Assembly: GCF_009914755.1 (NCBI RefSeq)
Contig: NC_060940.1
Strand: one strand, 5' to 3'
From: the human T2T-CHM13v2.0 reference genome, Homo sapiens
DNA length: 64,000 nucleotides
Shown here: positions 28,463-41,045 of the stretch, one piece after another
How the letters are laid out: every line of letters starts with the position of its first letter
Numbering within the stretch: position 1 is the first letter of the stretch
Made by a program: the position numbers and the translations under genes
The notes under the pieces: model-generated
Database searches by the model: none
What the model saw: only the letters and a program-made list of their open reading frames with translations
What the model was told of the DNA's origin: nothing

Positions 28463-28967
28463 AACACACTAACCTTCTCCTCTCCAGGCTAAACATCCTT
28501 ATTTTGGCATCTAACATGTTTCCAAAACACTTCACCAGTCTGTCACCCTCTAGAGTAATGAACTGGGGTTTTGCACTTGCTTTTTGAGAGTGGCTCCAGT
28601 GATTGGTTCCTTAGTTTTGGCCTCCTATATTAGCTCTTTGTACCTTGAGACTGGTGTGGGACTTTTCTGCACAATAGACTTCTGTGGGCTCTTTCTTTCC
28701 TTGGTCCTGGGTCTTTCTAGGCACCAAATGTGGGAGAGTGAGGAGTTACCCAGGCAGCTCCTTATTCCTTGGATAACCTGATCCACATCAGGGTACATGT
28801 TATAGCTTCTCAAAGTGTGATTCTTGGATAAGAAGTATCAGGATCACCTGGGAGCTTGTTAGTGTAGGGGAGGACAAATTTGCCCCCTACACTCTTCGGT
28901 TCAATTACTGGGGGCCTGTGAATTAAACAACAACAGACAGATAATATACAAGAGAAAATACACACAT

Positions 28968-30233
28968 TTTGCTTAATTTAATTTAATTTTAATTGCTATT
29001 TATGTATTTATTTATTTATTTATTTATTTTGAGACAGGGTCTCACTCTGTCACCCAGGCTGGAGTGCAGTGGCACAATCATGGTGATAGGGAGAGGAGGC
29101 AGAGAAATTCTGGGCAGACAGGGGCAGGTCCCCGCTGAAGCCCCACCTTTGAGCCAAAGGCCTGAGACTGAGGCCCACAGTGAGAACTTATATCCCTGTT
29201 TTCCCGCTTAAATGTTGCCTTTTCCTAAGCCACACATGGCCCTACTCTGCCCCATCCTGTGCCTATAAAGACCCCAGCCTGAGCAGGCAGAGAGGAGAAG
29301 CAGCTGGATGTCAGAGACTATGGCTGGCCATTGGAGAGAAGCGGCTTGACTTCAGAGGGACAGCCTGATGGTGTAACTTTGCAGAAGAATCCAACTGGAG
29401 ATGGCTGGACTTCAGGGGAAGACTACCTACCACCCCTCATCCTCTTTTCAGCTCTCCTTCCCACTAAGAGCCACTTTCCTCAGCAATAAAATCCCTCACA
29501 TTTACCATCCTTCAATTCGCTCATGAGACCTCATTTTTCCTGGACGCTGGACTAGAGCTCAGGGGCCACAAGTGTGGATACAAAAGGCTGCCATACTGGC
29601 CCTTTGCCCTCACTGGCGGAGAGCAGCCGTGGGCCCACCAAGCTGTTAACACTTAAGCTGTCCGTGGATGGCAAAGCTAAAAAGAGCACTGTAACATACT
29701 CTCTGGGGCTTCAGGGGTCACAGGAACCCCACATGGATGCTGCCATGGGACATGCACAGTATTCACTCCTGCTGGCATCCAAAAGTGCTCACTCCATCTC
29801 CTGCACCTGCTCACCTGCACGCTTCCTCCCATGAAGGGTGGAATACAGCAGGTCTGAGTGGAGTTTGATCTGGCTGGTGCCAGTTCCCACCTAGTTTGCT
29901 CAAGTGCTCCTTCCCGCAAGGAGTTGACAGCAGTGGGCTGAGTGAATGAGGCACCCCATCACAAGTCTTGTGAAGGTGTCAGGGAAATATCCTGCTTCAA
30001 TGGCTAACTGCAGCCTCAACCTCTTGGGCTCAGGTGATCTTCCCACCTTAGCCTCTGGAGTAGCTGGGACTGCAGTACAGGCAGACACCACCATGCCTGA
30101 TTTTTGTATTTTTTGCAGAGATAGAGCTTCACAATATTGCTGAGGCTGTTCTCCAATTCCTGGCCTCAAGCAGTCCACCTGCCTTAGCCTCTCAAAGTGC
30201 TATGATTATAGGCATAAGCCACCAGGCCTGGCC
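28968..30233 (-). mobile_element. AluJ split by an LTR (28968-29083 and 30000-30233)
   Basis: Alu sequence resumes exactly across the insert. TSD agaaaatacacacat (28953) / agaaaatatacaaat (30235). Confidence 0.9.
29084..29999 (+). mobile_element. LTR1/LTR28-family ERV1 solo LTR (~916 bp)
   Basis: tgatagggagaggaggcagagaaattctggg...cctataaagaccc...aataaaatccc...cctgcttca. Perfect 4-bp TSD ATGG at 29080-29083 and 30000-30003. Confidence 0.85.
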
Positions 30234-30957
30234 TAGAAAATATACAAATGTTATTGACATGTGCAGAACATACACCTGGGAGAACTCAGTGATGAGAAAC
30301 TCAAAGGAGTGGTTAGAATTTGGAGGTCTGTATACCTAAATTAGCAGGTCAAGGGAGAAGGGAGAAGGGGCATTTATGGAAAAGCAAGTGACTTTTTGGA
30401 AAGATAAATAGACCCTAAGGAGAATAAATGGGAGATATGACAGTCTTGTGGCAATGTCTGTTTGGGTGTGGTGCCAGCTTTTCCTCTCCAAGAAAAGAAT
30501 ATTAGAATTACTCCTAAGGGAGGGACTTATGACAATTAAGTTTTTTGGGAAAGCCTTTGCTTTTATACAGATAAGGAATTTCGGATCTAAAATGCCTTCA
30601 GCCCTAAAAGATTCTTATGCCAAAATAGCATATTTTGGGGTTGCATAGCTTGATCTTCTTCATTAAAAATGCAGAATAGCAGGCCCCACCCCAGACCCAC
30701 TGAATCAGAATCTGCAGTTTATCTAGATCCTCAGGTGATCCTCATTCACATTAACCTTTGACAAGCACAGTCCTAACTACAGCTTTTGTAAATGCAGCTT
30801 GTAACACATAGTGACTCTTGTTATTTAAGAAAGTCTTGATTTGTCTTAAATATATGGGTTTTATGGGGTATATAGAACCTGTGGGTATGTGTAGGCTTCC
30901 TGCAAGAGGTGAGCATTCTTCACTGCACTCATCTGGGGAGAGGAAGCAGAAAACAGA

Positions 30958-31700
30958 TGTCTTAGCCTGTCTCTGTTGCTATAACAAAATACCTTAGGCT
31001 GGGTAATGTATAAACAATAGAAACCTATTGCCTACAGTTCTGGAGGCTAGGAGGTTCAAGATCAAGGTGCCAGCAGATTCAATGTCTGGTAAAGGCTCTC
31101 TCTCTGCTTCCATGATGGCACCTGGTTGCTGCACCCTTTGGAGGGGACAAACATTGTGTCTTTACAAGGTAGAAGGGACAGAACGGCCAGGAGGCTCTTT
31201 GAAGCTTCCTTTATGAGAATATTAATCCCAACATGAGAGTGAAACCTTCATGACTTTATCATTTCCCAAAAGGCCCCATTCCTTAATACTTTTGTAGGAC
31301 TTTCTCCTTAGTTTAGCTAAAAATGGGGTCCTAGTCCCATGACCATGAAAAATTAGGCTCATAGACACTTTGAGGTTTGAGAAGGGCAGGGTGCATTGGG
31401 TGAAAAGGAAAAAAAATGGGAAATGAGGACTCTCAGCAAAACCAGAGTCCTGCTAGTGGGCTTCCTGCCTCTCAGATTGAATCCCAGCTTCCACCCACAA
31501 ACAGGAGAGGCCAGGCTCCTGCCCCCTACAAATGGTATGAACTTCCATGGCTCCACCCCAGTGCACACTACTCCCAGTGCACAGGCCAGTCAGAGGTTCT
31601 CCTGGGACCACTTTATACTTGGCTGTCTCAGTACCATCACCTTGGGGCTTATGTTCCAACAGATGAATTTTGGAGGGACACACATATTCAAACCACAGCA
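30958..31700 (-). mobile_element. MST (MSTD/MSTC-like) LTR split by MER61
   Basis: tgtcttagcctgtctctgttgctataacaaaatacc...aggccccattccttaatac | catcaccttgggg...tcaaaccacagca. Confidence 0.8.
31290..31630 (-). mobile_element. MER61 ERV1 solo LTR
   Basis: Minus-strand start tgagacagccaagtataaag...gagaacctctgactggcctgtgcactgggag. TSD atac/gtac. Confidence 0.82.
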
Positions 31701-32784
31701 ATAGGAATGCGAGAGATGGATCTTGGGTCAGCAGGAGCAGGAACTCCAGTCTATCTTTGGCCTTGATCTTGCATCCTTATGTGGTAGAAGGGAGCTCTGA
31801 CAAGGTAGTCAATGGTATTTCCAGGGGATAAGGAACCAGGAGGAGCTGCTTACAATGAGAATTTGCCAATCTGAACAAGCCAGGTAGCCTTATTCCCTGG
31901 CTCTCTCTGTGTTTATTTTTCCCACCTCATCTTAGAGCTATGAGGAATTACAGGAAGGGTTTGTCTACAACTAGGAGACAGAAACAGTGGGCAGTAGCAT
32001 CCCCTCTCACCTCAACCCAGGCCAGTGTGGAGTTTACAGAAACACTCAGGAATAACCACCAGAAAAAAGTAATGCTCAGGTATAAGAGTCCCAGCTGCAA
32101 AGCTTCGCCCTCCATCCTCATGTAGAGAGTCTCCCGTCACTTGCTAACATTGAAAAAACAGTTTTATTTTATGATGGAAGGTGGCAATTTTCTTAAGGTT
32201 CTTGAAAACTTTTACAGTTAACTCCTGGGAAATATAGACTTGGAGTCATCTTTTCTATTTCCTCAGAAGCTGAATTCGGTTCTAAGAAATAGGAAGGTCC
32301 CCAAAGTATACTTGCATGTAATTTGCATTTATATTCTCTACATCCTCTGGCTTTAAGGTGGAGGAAATAGCACATCACTCTTTCCAAAATTTATGCTTCA
32401 TCTTTTTTAATTAATAAAGGCCAGCAGTCTTTATTGTTCAGCATTTGAGGCCAACACTCCAAATTGCAAATCGTCACATATCAGGTGGATGTATTAATTC
32501 AACCTAAGTTTTCCTTTCTTGTTTTCCCTTGTTTTCTACTTTATCAGATTCTAACATGCTAAAGTTTGAAGAGATCTTAGAAACCATTGAATTCAGGGGA
32601 TGACAAAAAGATCTTCTTTTGATTCAACTGTGGTAGAATGAAGATTGTGTTAAGAGGAATTTCAGACTATGTCTCAGCTTAGCAGAATATTAAAAAATGC
32701 TGTGATTGATTAGTGATGTCTGCATGGGCAAGCAGTGTGGAAGTGGCAACTCCATGCCAGGCATTGACCAGTGCAAAGCGGGGC

Positions 32785-32915
32785 CCATCCCTCATTTTAC
32801 AGATGAGGAACCTGAGTACTAGGGAATAGAAGTGATTTAAGCTCATATAGAAAGCCATTAGCACAGCCAAGATGTTGATCTCTTTACTTCAATCTATTTC
32901 CATTATGCAACTGTA
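32785..32915 (-). mobile_element. MIR fragment
   Basis: catccctcattttacagatgaggaacctgag. Confidence 0.7.
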
Positions 32916-33679
32916 GGCCTCTAGTATCCTGTTTGGTCATCTGCACTACAGGTTAATTGCTAAAACTCTTATTTTCTTGGTATCTTATAGATACAAAAAT
33001 AAGCAGAGAGTAACCTCCAACTGTCAATCCACTGAGCACACATAGTAAAAACTCAAAACTTTTTGAATGGATTAGGAAAATGATCTTTGTACACATACTA
33101 ATATCACAAAATAAGTGGGTCATGGGTTAAATTTTCAGAAACATGTTTATAATGGTGCTAATGATTTTAAAGGTACACATTTAAGAATGAATTATTTATC
33201 ATTATTTTGCTTCATATACAGAAGAACACTCTGAATCCCAAACATCTGACTTAAAATTGCATGCCACTAATCACAAAGAAGAGTACCAGATGAGGAAATA
33301 TAAATAAACAGTACAAATATTTCTCCACTTTTATGAAAACAGCTGAAAGAGCAGGCTGTAAGAGAGGCAGGTGAACAATGACTTGTTTGTTTGGTTTTTT
33401 TAATTTAAAGAAACAAGCTGCTGTTTTCATGTAACACAGAGCTGTGGATTTTGTAGGAAAGCATGATCAATATATAGTAATGTTGAGATTAATTAGTTAA
33501 TTATTTTTATTATTTATTATGATGTATTCTACTCATTTTTCCCCTGGAAAGAGAACTTTTTTTTAACAAAGCTGGTTCTCCAAAGGCTGAAGGAACTTAA
33601 CAGCCACTTTTGCACTGGGTTGGAAGCTATGGCAAGAATCAAACTTATCCTTCCAATATCCTTTTATAATAAGAAAAGT

Positions 33680-34090
33680 TTGATCTTGGCACATTGTTCC
33701 CCAGCCAAAAACTGCATTTCCCAATTCCCTTTGCTGCTAGTTGTGGCTATGCAGCCAGGTTCTGGTTGATGGGAAATGAGAACTGATGTGTGCAACTTAT
33801 TCCTCACAACTTTAAAAGGGAAAGAGTGTGCTCTCTTTCCTCAAATTCCTTTCCCCCTTTCTCTCAGTGAAATGTAGATGTTGCAGGAAGAATTAGGATG
33901 GCAGCTATCTCAACCATCAAGAAGGAAGCTGCATGTCAGGTTGAGAGACAGTAGAATGAGTTTGTGTCCCTGACGTCATTGAGGTACCATAAGCCACTGG
34001 ACCATTTGGAGGAAGAAACTATGATCTTGCATAAGCCACTGCATTTGGGAAGTTATTATTGGCAGAAGCTGAGCATGGATTGGTTACTAC
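33680..34090 (+). mobile_element. Old ERVL-class LTR (LTR33/LTR16-like)
   Basis: actgcatttcccaattcccttgctgctagttgtggctatg...gatgtgtgcaactt...taagccactgcatttggg. Confidence 0.6.
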
Positions 34091-34147
34091 ATCTGAGGAG
34101 CATTTATTGCACCATCTTGAATGCAGGTATTTTTTAAGGTCTCTTAA

Positions 34148-34871
34148 TGTTAGAGTAAGCAGAGAGCCAGAAATGAGCAGGGAAGGGAGCCCCTGGGAAC
34201 AGAAGTCCTGGAGATGATGCCCACCTACTGACAGCAAAAGACAGTGGCTACATTGGCTACTTCTGGCCTTGTGGTTGGGCTCCTCTGGCTCTAGAGGGGA
34301 CTTATCAGGCCCTAGCCACAGACAACCATGCTAGGAATTTTCTCCGCTGATAAGCATGCATACTCCTCCAAAAACTCGCCCTAGAGCAGCCTTTTGCTCA
34401 TTATAATAGTAAAAACTACACCCCTGGGTGGAGATTTTACATGCCAATGAGACATGTGTACTAGCAATGTATAATCACAGAGCACGCGCACCCAAAGGGA
34501 CCTCCCAAAATATGGTTGCAAGTGACACCTCCTCCTGCCCCTTCATGAATAATCATGTAAGATTCTCCTAAAGAGAGGCCCCCAGCACTGATTGCTATTG
34601 GCTCATTCTTTCCAGTGGCCTGTGGTTCATTCTTTTGAGCAGCCTGCTCCACCTTGTCTTTCAGGGTGTACTGTCTTTTTAAATAAAACACTGCTACTAT
34701 TATACTATTTTTCCAGCCAGAACAGTCCAAAGTTTTTTCCACTCCTCTCCAGGAATGTACTTTGTCTTCCTTCAATAAACTCTGCTACTTAACCATTGCT
34801 ATGTGTCTCTTGGTTGAATTCTTTCTTCCAAATTAGACAAACACCAAGGATTCCCGCACTTCTTGGTAACA
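34148..34871 (+). mobile_element. MER50-like ERV1 solo LTR
   Basis: tgttagagtaagcagagagccag...gctcattataatagtaaaaactacacccctgggtggagattt...aataaac...ggtaaca. Confidence 0.78.
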
Positions 34872-35039
34872 TGTAGATACTCCTAACCCACGTTCATGTT
34901 TCCAATAATTTGGAAGCATCGGATCATGATCCACTATCTTCTAGGTACCTACACCATATGAGTTATATGTTGAAAATCTTCATTCATTGAAAATTTCTCA
35001 ATAGGAGAAATTGAGAGGCAGCCCTTCACCGTCACTAAT

Positions 35040-36186
35040 CAGTTCCTTTTATCCCCAGGTTGAAGGTTGTTAGTGATTTTCCATTGTGCTTAGACTGAAG
35101 TCCAATTCCTTACATGGCCTTGAAAGTTGTGATTTTGTCCCTCTCTACCTTCCCACCATCACCTCCTATCACTCCCCTCTTACCCATCCTCTCTGCTCCA
35201 ATGCTGTGGCCTTTTTCATTTCATAAATGAGACTTGGCAGTTCCTTCAATGTGGCCTTCTATTCCCTAAGATCTCCCCATGGCTGGTTCTTTCTTCCCTT
35301 CAATGGCTGACTTAAAAGGTCAACTCTTCAGAGAGTGAACCTACGTGAAGTCCCATCTAAAATCCATCTGAAGTGCCCCTTCATTTCTCTTTCCTTCATT
35401 TTTTTTCCCCATTTTTACCGTAGAGTTAACACCAAGAAAAATTGTCTGATTGATTCATTTTCTTGGTGTCTTGTATTAGTCAGGGTTTTCCAGAGGGACA
35501 GAACAAATAGGATCTATGTATATATAAAAGGGGATTTATTATGGAGAATTTGCTCACATGATTACAAGACAAAGTCACATAATCGGCTGTCTAAAAGCTG
35601 GGGAAAGAGAAAAGCTGGTAGTGGCTTGGTACAAGACCAAGAGAATCAAAACCAATGAAGCCAGCAATGCAGCCTTCAGTCTGAGGCTAAAGGCCTGAGA
35701 GTCCCCAGCAAACCACTGGTGCAAGTACCAGAGTCCAAAGGCCAAAGAATCTGGAGTCTAATGACCAAGGGCAGGAGGAGCAGAAGCAAGCATCCAGCAC
35801 AGGAAGAAGAGGAAGCCAGAAGACCCAGCAAGCAAGGACATGAAGAGGAAGCCAGAAGACCCAGCAAACAAGGACATCCCACCTTTCTCCGCCTGCTTTG
35901 GTCTAGCTACACTGGCAGCTGATTGGATGGTGCCCACCCACATTGAGGGTGGGTCTACCTCTTCACTGACTCAAATGCCAAACTCCTCTAGCAACAGCCT
36001 CCCAGACACACCCAGAAACAATACTTTGCCAGCCATATAGGCATTGTGCAATCCAATCCCATTGATCTATCACACATCTCTTTCTCCTATGGGAATGTCA
36101 GCTCTATAATAGTATGGCTTACTATCCCAGTGTCTATGAAAGTGCCAGCACATAGTAGGTGCTCAATAAATATTCATTGAATAATT
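35040..36186 (+). mobile_element. L2a split by MLT2A
   Basis: ccattgtgcttagactgaagtccaattccttacatggcc...; terminal gcacatagtaggtgctcaataaatattcattgaat. Confidence 0.8.
35472..36074 (-). mobile_element. MLT2A (MLT2A2-like, HERV-L) solo LTR
   Basis: tgtattagtcagggttttccagagggacagaacaaatagga...gattggatggtgcccacccacattgagggtggg...atcaca. TSD tgtct/catct. Confidence 0.88.
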
Positions 36187-36998
36187 ACAGACTGAACCCT
36201 TATGAGGTATGTACCATTGTCCACAGTGGACAGTTGAAGATAGGAAGGGAGGTTCACAGAGCTCTCTCAGAGCCTGGCGTGAGAGCACTGACTCAATGTA
36301 CTGCCCTGTTCTGTAGACACTAGGCTCTTTCCTTCTAGGAACTAATCTAGATTCCTTGAAATTATCTGTCAGTAGCTTGCCTATATTACAGTCTCCATGA
36401 ATGTCAATTAATTTACAAGGTGAATCCACTAATGGGGCAGTCAGAGATCATAATACATTTACATATTCAAATATAAAGGCAGACAGCTGTGGCCAACTCT
36501 TTTTTCTGGCTGTTTTGCATCTGAGTGTGGAAAAAAAATATGTTTTTGAACTTGGCTTTTGAGTTAGACTTGGCTGCCGATGATAAATGGCAAAGCAATT
36601 CTGATCTTATCTGGACAGTTTTTCCATGAAATATAAAGGGAGAAAGAAGCCAGAATAAAGATCTGAAATAAATATATTGACAGAATTCAAAGAAAAGATA
36701 ATAGATTTACTCATGTTCCTGGCATGATTGGTTAGTGGGAAAGGAGGCTGGCCTCGCCAGAACTGTGTTTGGTTATAGATTAATAATCCAAGGTACAAAT
36801 GGTTCCGGACAATTTAGAGAAAACATAAACTACAATATTCAACAAACTGGAGTTCAAAGGTTTCTGGAATTTGCTAACTGTTCTAGGTCATACATTTTTC
36901 AAAAGTGATGACACAATATGGAGTTTTTGAACTTTGCAACACAAATAGCAAGTAGGTTTTTGCCTGAATCTCATTAAAGAATTGTGCAACCATTATTT

Positions 36999-37070
36999 AA
37001 AAAAAAAAAAAAAGAAAGAAAGAACGAAAGAAAAGGAAGGCAGGGAGGAGGAAGAAGAAAAGTGGAAAGG
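36999..37070. repeat. A/GA-rich low-complexity tract
   Basis: Seen directly. Confidence 0.8.
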
Positions 37071-37159
37071 TTAGGAAATGCCAACTGTCAAGTTACTGAA
37101 AATCGAAGAATAATCTCATAATTCTACTGTAGGAAGTGTGCTTTTAGTTCATATTCTGT

Positions 37160-37990
37160 GTTGCATGGTGGTTGCAAGCATGGTTTCCGGGTCACTCTGC
37201 AGATCCCCATCTGCCTCTGATCCTTATTGGCTCTATAATCTGGGACAAGTGATGAAGCTCAGTTGATAGAAATATTGTTTATGTCCTATGAGCTATGCCA
37301 GGCACATTTAACTTTTTCCTGAATCCACTCTTACTGCTCCAGTCTGTTCTCTATGTTACAGTAAGAGAGTTACCTTTATAATACAGATAAAGTCATGCCT
37401 CGATGTCTTTGCATAAAGATGAAGACCACAGTTCTTACTCTTCCTCTGTCACAGTCTACTCAGGTACCTCCTTGTTCTCTGTGCTCCAGCCACACTGGGC
37501 CTCTCCAATTTCCTTCAGTATGCCATACTTCCTGCCTCAGGGTCTTGGCAACTGATCTTCCCTCTACCTAGAATTCTCTTTCTCATCCTTTTGATTCCAA
37601 CTGAATTACAAAGTCTTCAGAGAATGGTCCTTCTCCATCTTTCTGACCTGCTCCTTTCTTGCATGTACACAGGTGAACTTTGACAGTGATTTGTCAAACC
37701 AGTGGGTATTGTCCACTCTCCAACTAGACTGGGGGACAGAAGTGGCTTCTGACTTGGTCACTACCTCCCTACCACTTAGCACAAAGCCTTGCACATTGAC
37801 AAGCACTCAACAACCACTGCAAGATTGAAGAGAATGAATGCGTCATGGCCTCAGCTGGTCCAGGTCTTCATCTGTGAATGCTGGGAAGACATTACCTTTC
37901 GCATAGGTTCACAGAGAAGATTGAATGAGAGAAAAGTTTGCAAGGGCTTTGTAAACCATGAAGGGCAATACCTGAGTAAGGGATGACTAC
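37160..37990 (+). mobile_element. MIR interrupted by L2 fragments (~37265-37830)
   Basis: MIR halves gacaagtgatgaagctc | gtcttcatctgtgaatg...gattgaatgaga. L2: ctgtgctccagccacactgggcctc...cacttagcacaaagccttgcacat. Confidence 0.6.
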
Positions 37991-38009
37991 AATTTTTAGA
38001 TATCTGCTG

Positions 38010-38585
38010 GTGACCATTTCAATTGCCAGTGATCCGAAATGTAACTCAAATTCATGGGTTTAGTCTGAAAAAGGGAATTCTTTGGCATACACAACTGATT
38101 AGACTGGACAAGAAAGGTAGGATTCAGGTGCTGAAGTGGCATCATCTGATTTCTCTCTCTCTCTCTTTCTCTCTCTCTCCTTTGTGCATTTCCCTCTCTG
38201 CTTTCCTACATTCAATCATTGGCCGGGCTTTCCCATTGTGATGATGACCAATAGATTCAGGTTACATTACGTTATACCAGCCCAGCACTCCCAGGGCAGA
38301 GAGAGAGCCCTTTTCTCTAAAGTTTCAGCAAAGATCTATGAAAAATTGTCTTTGGCTCACCTTAAGCACATGACCTCTCTGAGTTGGTCACTCTGGAGAG
38401 GGGGATGCACTGAGAGAAGGGCCAGGTCTAGGTTACACAACACCTTCAGATCTTGTGGATGGCATTAGTCACCAGGAACTCCATGGACTGAGAAAAGGAA
38501 AGTGCAAAAGAAAAGTGAATGTTTCTGCAAAAGAAAAGTGAGTTCTATTAACAAAAGCAGAAACAAATGCAGACTGGAGAAATCA
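38010..38585 (-). mobile_element. Old ERVL-class LTR (LTR33/MLT1K-like)
   Basis: tttcaattgccagtgatccgaaatgtaactcaaa...aagggaattctttggcatacacaactga. Confidence 0.5.
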
Positions 38586-38622
38586 ACAAGCATCCTCTAG
38601 GGAGACTCACCAGTTCAAATGA

Positions 38623-38944
<322 letters not shown>

Positions 38945-39714
38945 TAATCTTATTGTGTCAGTTGAGTTCTGTCTTTTCTCCCGCTTGATGGAAAGGCAAT
39001 ACAAATCATATTCCACAGCCATCTTCACATAAAAGCTTGGGGAGGTCTTGCTCTGAGTTGGGAAGAAGGAGGTAGGGGAGGTGTACAGGAGAAAGCAAGT
39101 GAAGTGATTCGGTCCTCTGTTCATTAAAGCGGGTAAGATCAGAGTAGTCACATTCATCTCATACATCTGAATCCCCATAAAAGATAAGGTAAACCCTGTA
39201 AGAAGAAAAATGCCCCAGGCCCTCAAGTTTGGGGTTCCTAGGAAACAAGCATATTAGGGAACTCACTGGTGTTAATGAAAGAAAGAAATACCACCAAGCA
39301 TTTTTAGACAGTTGACTTTGTCATTCATTACCTGTGTGATACTGAATAAGTGTGGCACATGCTGATGGATAGCTGAGCCAATCCCTGTTCAACCTCCTTT
39401 TTCCAAGGGAGGAAGCTGTGGCCAATGAAATGTAGGAAAAAGTCACTGGGTGGGGCTTCTGGAGCTACAGCAACCATTTTGTAATAATGAAAGTGAACAG
39501 CATACACAAAGTCTTAATGTAAAATCAAGAGGGTTTTTTGTTCGTCTGTTTGTTTGTTTTGGGGTTTTAGTGTTTCCATGCTGGCTTAACTAGCTAGATA
39601 ACGGCTATCAGTGTTACATATAATAACATTGATTTGCACACCACTTTCTGGTCGCTTTTCCATTTTCTCAAACTGGTGGGAGCTGTTTTTTGAGTGTGGA
39701 GTGATCATTTAAAA

Positions 39715-39947
39715 CAAGCTTGTCCAACTCGGGACCTGTGAGCCACATGTGGCCCAGGATGGCTTTGAATGCAACTCAACACAAATTTGTAAATTTTCTT
39801 AAAACACTATGAGATTTTCTTGAAATTTGTTTCCTTTTTTGTTTAGTTCATCAGCTATCAGTACTGTTAGGGTATTTTATGTGTGGCCCAGGACAATTCT
39901 TCCTCTTCCAATATGGCCCAGGGGAGCCAAAATATTGGACACCCCTG
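39715..39947 (-). mobile_element. MER30 (hAT-Charlie), full length
   Basis: Termini caagcttgtccaa / ttggacacccctg. Perfect 8-bp TSD ATTTAAAA at 39707-39714 and 39948-39955. Confidence 0.93.
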
Positions 39948-40159
39948 ATTTAAAATAAAGATCTTTGCTCCATTCAAATTCTAATTTTGTAATACATTTT
40001 AAAAAACTTATTATTACTGTTTGGGTCCTGAATCTTTTAAAAAATGTTTCATGGTAATTTGAGGAAACTTTCCTATGAAACTTTGCTACATTTCTTGAAC
40101 ATTCACTTTGTTTTGGAAGTTGCCAAATTGTATTACTGTCTATAAAGAAAAAAATGTCT

Positions 40160-40461
40160 AAGCTGGGTGCAGTGGCTCGCACCTGTAATCTTAACACTTT
40201 GGGAGGCTGAGGTGGGTGGATCATTTGAGCTCAGGAGTTTGAGACCAGCCTGGACAGCACAGTGAGACCCCAGCTTTCCAAAAAAAAAAATACAAAAATT
40301 AGCCAGGCATGGTGGTGTGTTCCTGTAGTCCAACTATTTGGGAGGCTGAGGTGGGATGATTGCTTCAGCCAAGAAGGTCAAGTCTGTAGTGAGCCATGAA
40401 TGCACCACTGCACTCCAGCCTGAGTGACAGAGAGACCCTGTCTCAAAAAAAAAAAAAAAAA
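40160..40461 (+). mobile_element. AluJ
   Basis: Full dimer with A-tail. Confidence 0.92.
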
Positions 40462-40879
40462 TCTCTGAAAAGATTATGCTTGGTGTTTTCCTTAGCAGTC
40501 ACACAATTCCAGTTATCATGTTTTCATGGTGAAGTTAGAAAATAAAAGAGAGTTATATTTCTAGCTGTAGAAACTATATTTGTTTGTTGTCATTGAAGTG
40601 GCCTGTCTGGTACTCTACCATGACCGTACTTCATGAGAGTAACCAACAAAACCTGAATGTACTTAGTGTGTGGTAGGTGCTCATAGGCCTGAGAGGCAGA
40701 TGGCGGTTATGATGAAAGACAAGAAAGACATTGATCTTCTGCTTTTAATTTGTGAAACAGCAAGACATCCACCAAGACGACATTTTGAGGTGGAGGTGTT
40801 TCCTATGTTGTGTCAGCTATTCTTGTATTTTAACAGAATCATAGAATATTGATGGGAAGGGCATAATTACTAGGAAAAA

Positions 40880-41045
40880 AATCATAGAACATTGATGTTA
40901 AGGAACAATGTTAAGGTCTACCTAGTCCAAAGCCTTCCTTTTACAGAAACAGCCCCGGATGCCCAGTGAGGGAAAATGACCTGCCCAAGGTCACATGGCC
41001 AGTTAATGATAGAGCCAGGAGTAATGCTTGGGTCTCTGAGATTTG
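40880..41045 (-). mobile_element. MIR fragment
   Basis: ttttacaga...aaatgacctgcccaaggtcacatggccagttaatgatagagccagg. Confidence 0.75.

Larger units (their letters stand above)
28863..30662 (-). mobile_element. MER34-family ERV1 solo LTR, split by an AluJ
   Basis: Minus-strand start tgaagaagatcaagctatgcaaccccaaaatatgctattttggcataag, end cccctaca. TSD ttag/ttaa. Confidence 0.8.
28805..30770. mobile_element. MER5A in two halves (28805-28862 and 30663-30770)
   Basis: cttctcaaagtgtg...atcacctgggagcttgttag | aaatgcagaatagcaggccccaccccagacccactgaatcagaatctgc. Confidence 0.85.

Noticed and set aside
31290-31630. p53 response element in MER61
   Set aside because: Some MER61 subfamilies carry p53 sites, but I could not find a good RRRCWWGYYY pair in this copy.
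38503-38541. Short direct repeats (tgcaaaagaaaagtga twice; similar ones at 3308, 5285, 40839 and 50692)
   Set aside because: Ordinary micro-duplications with no intervening tail or array structure.
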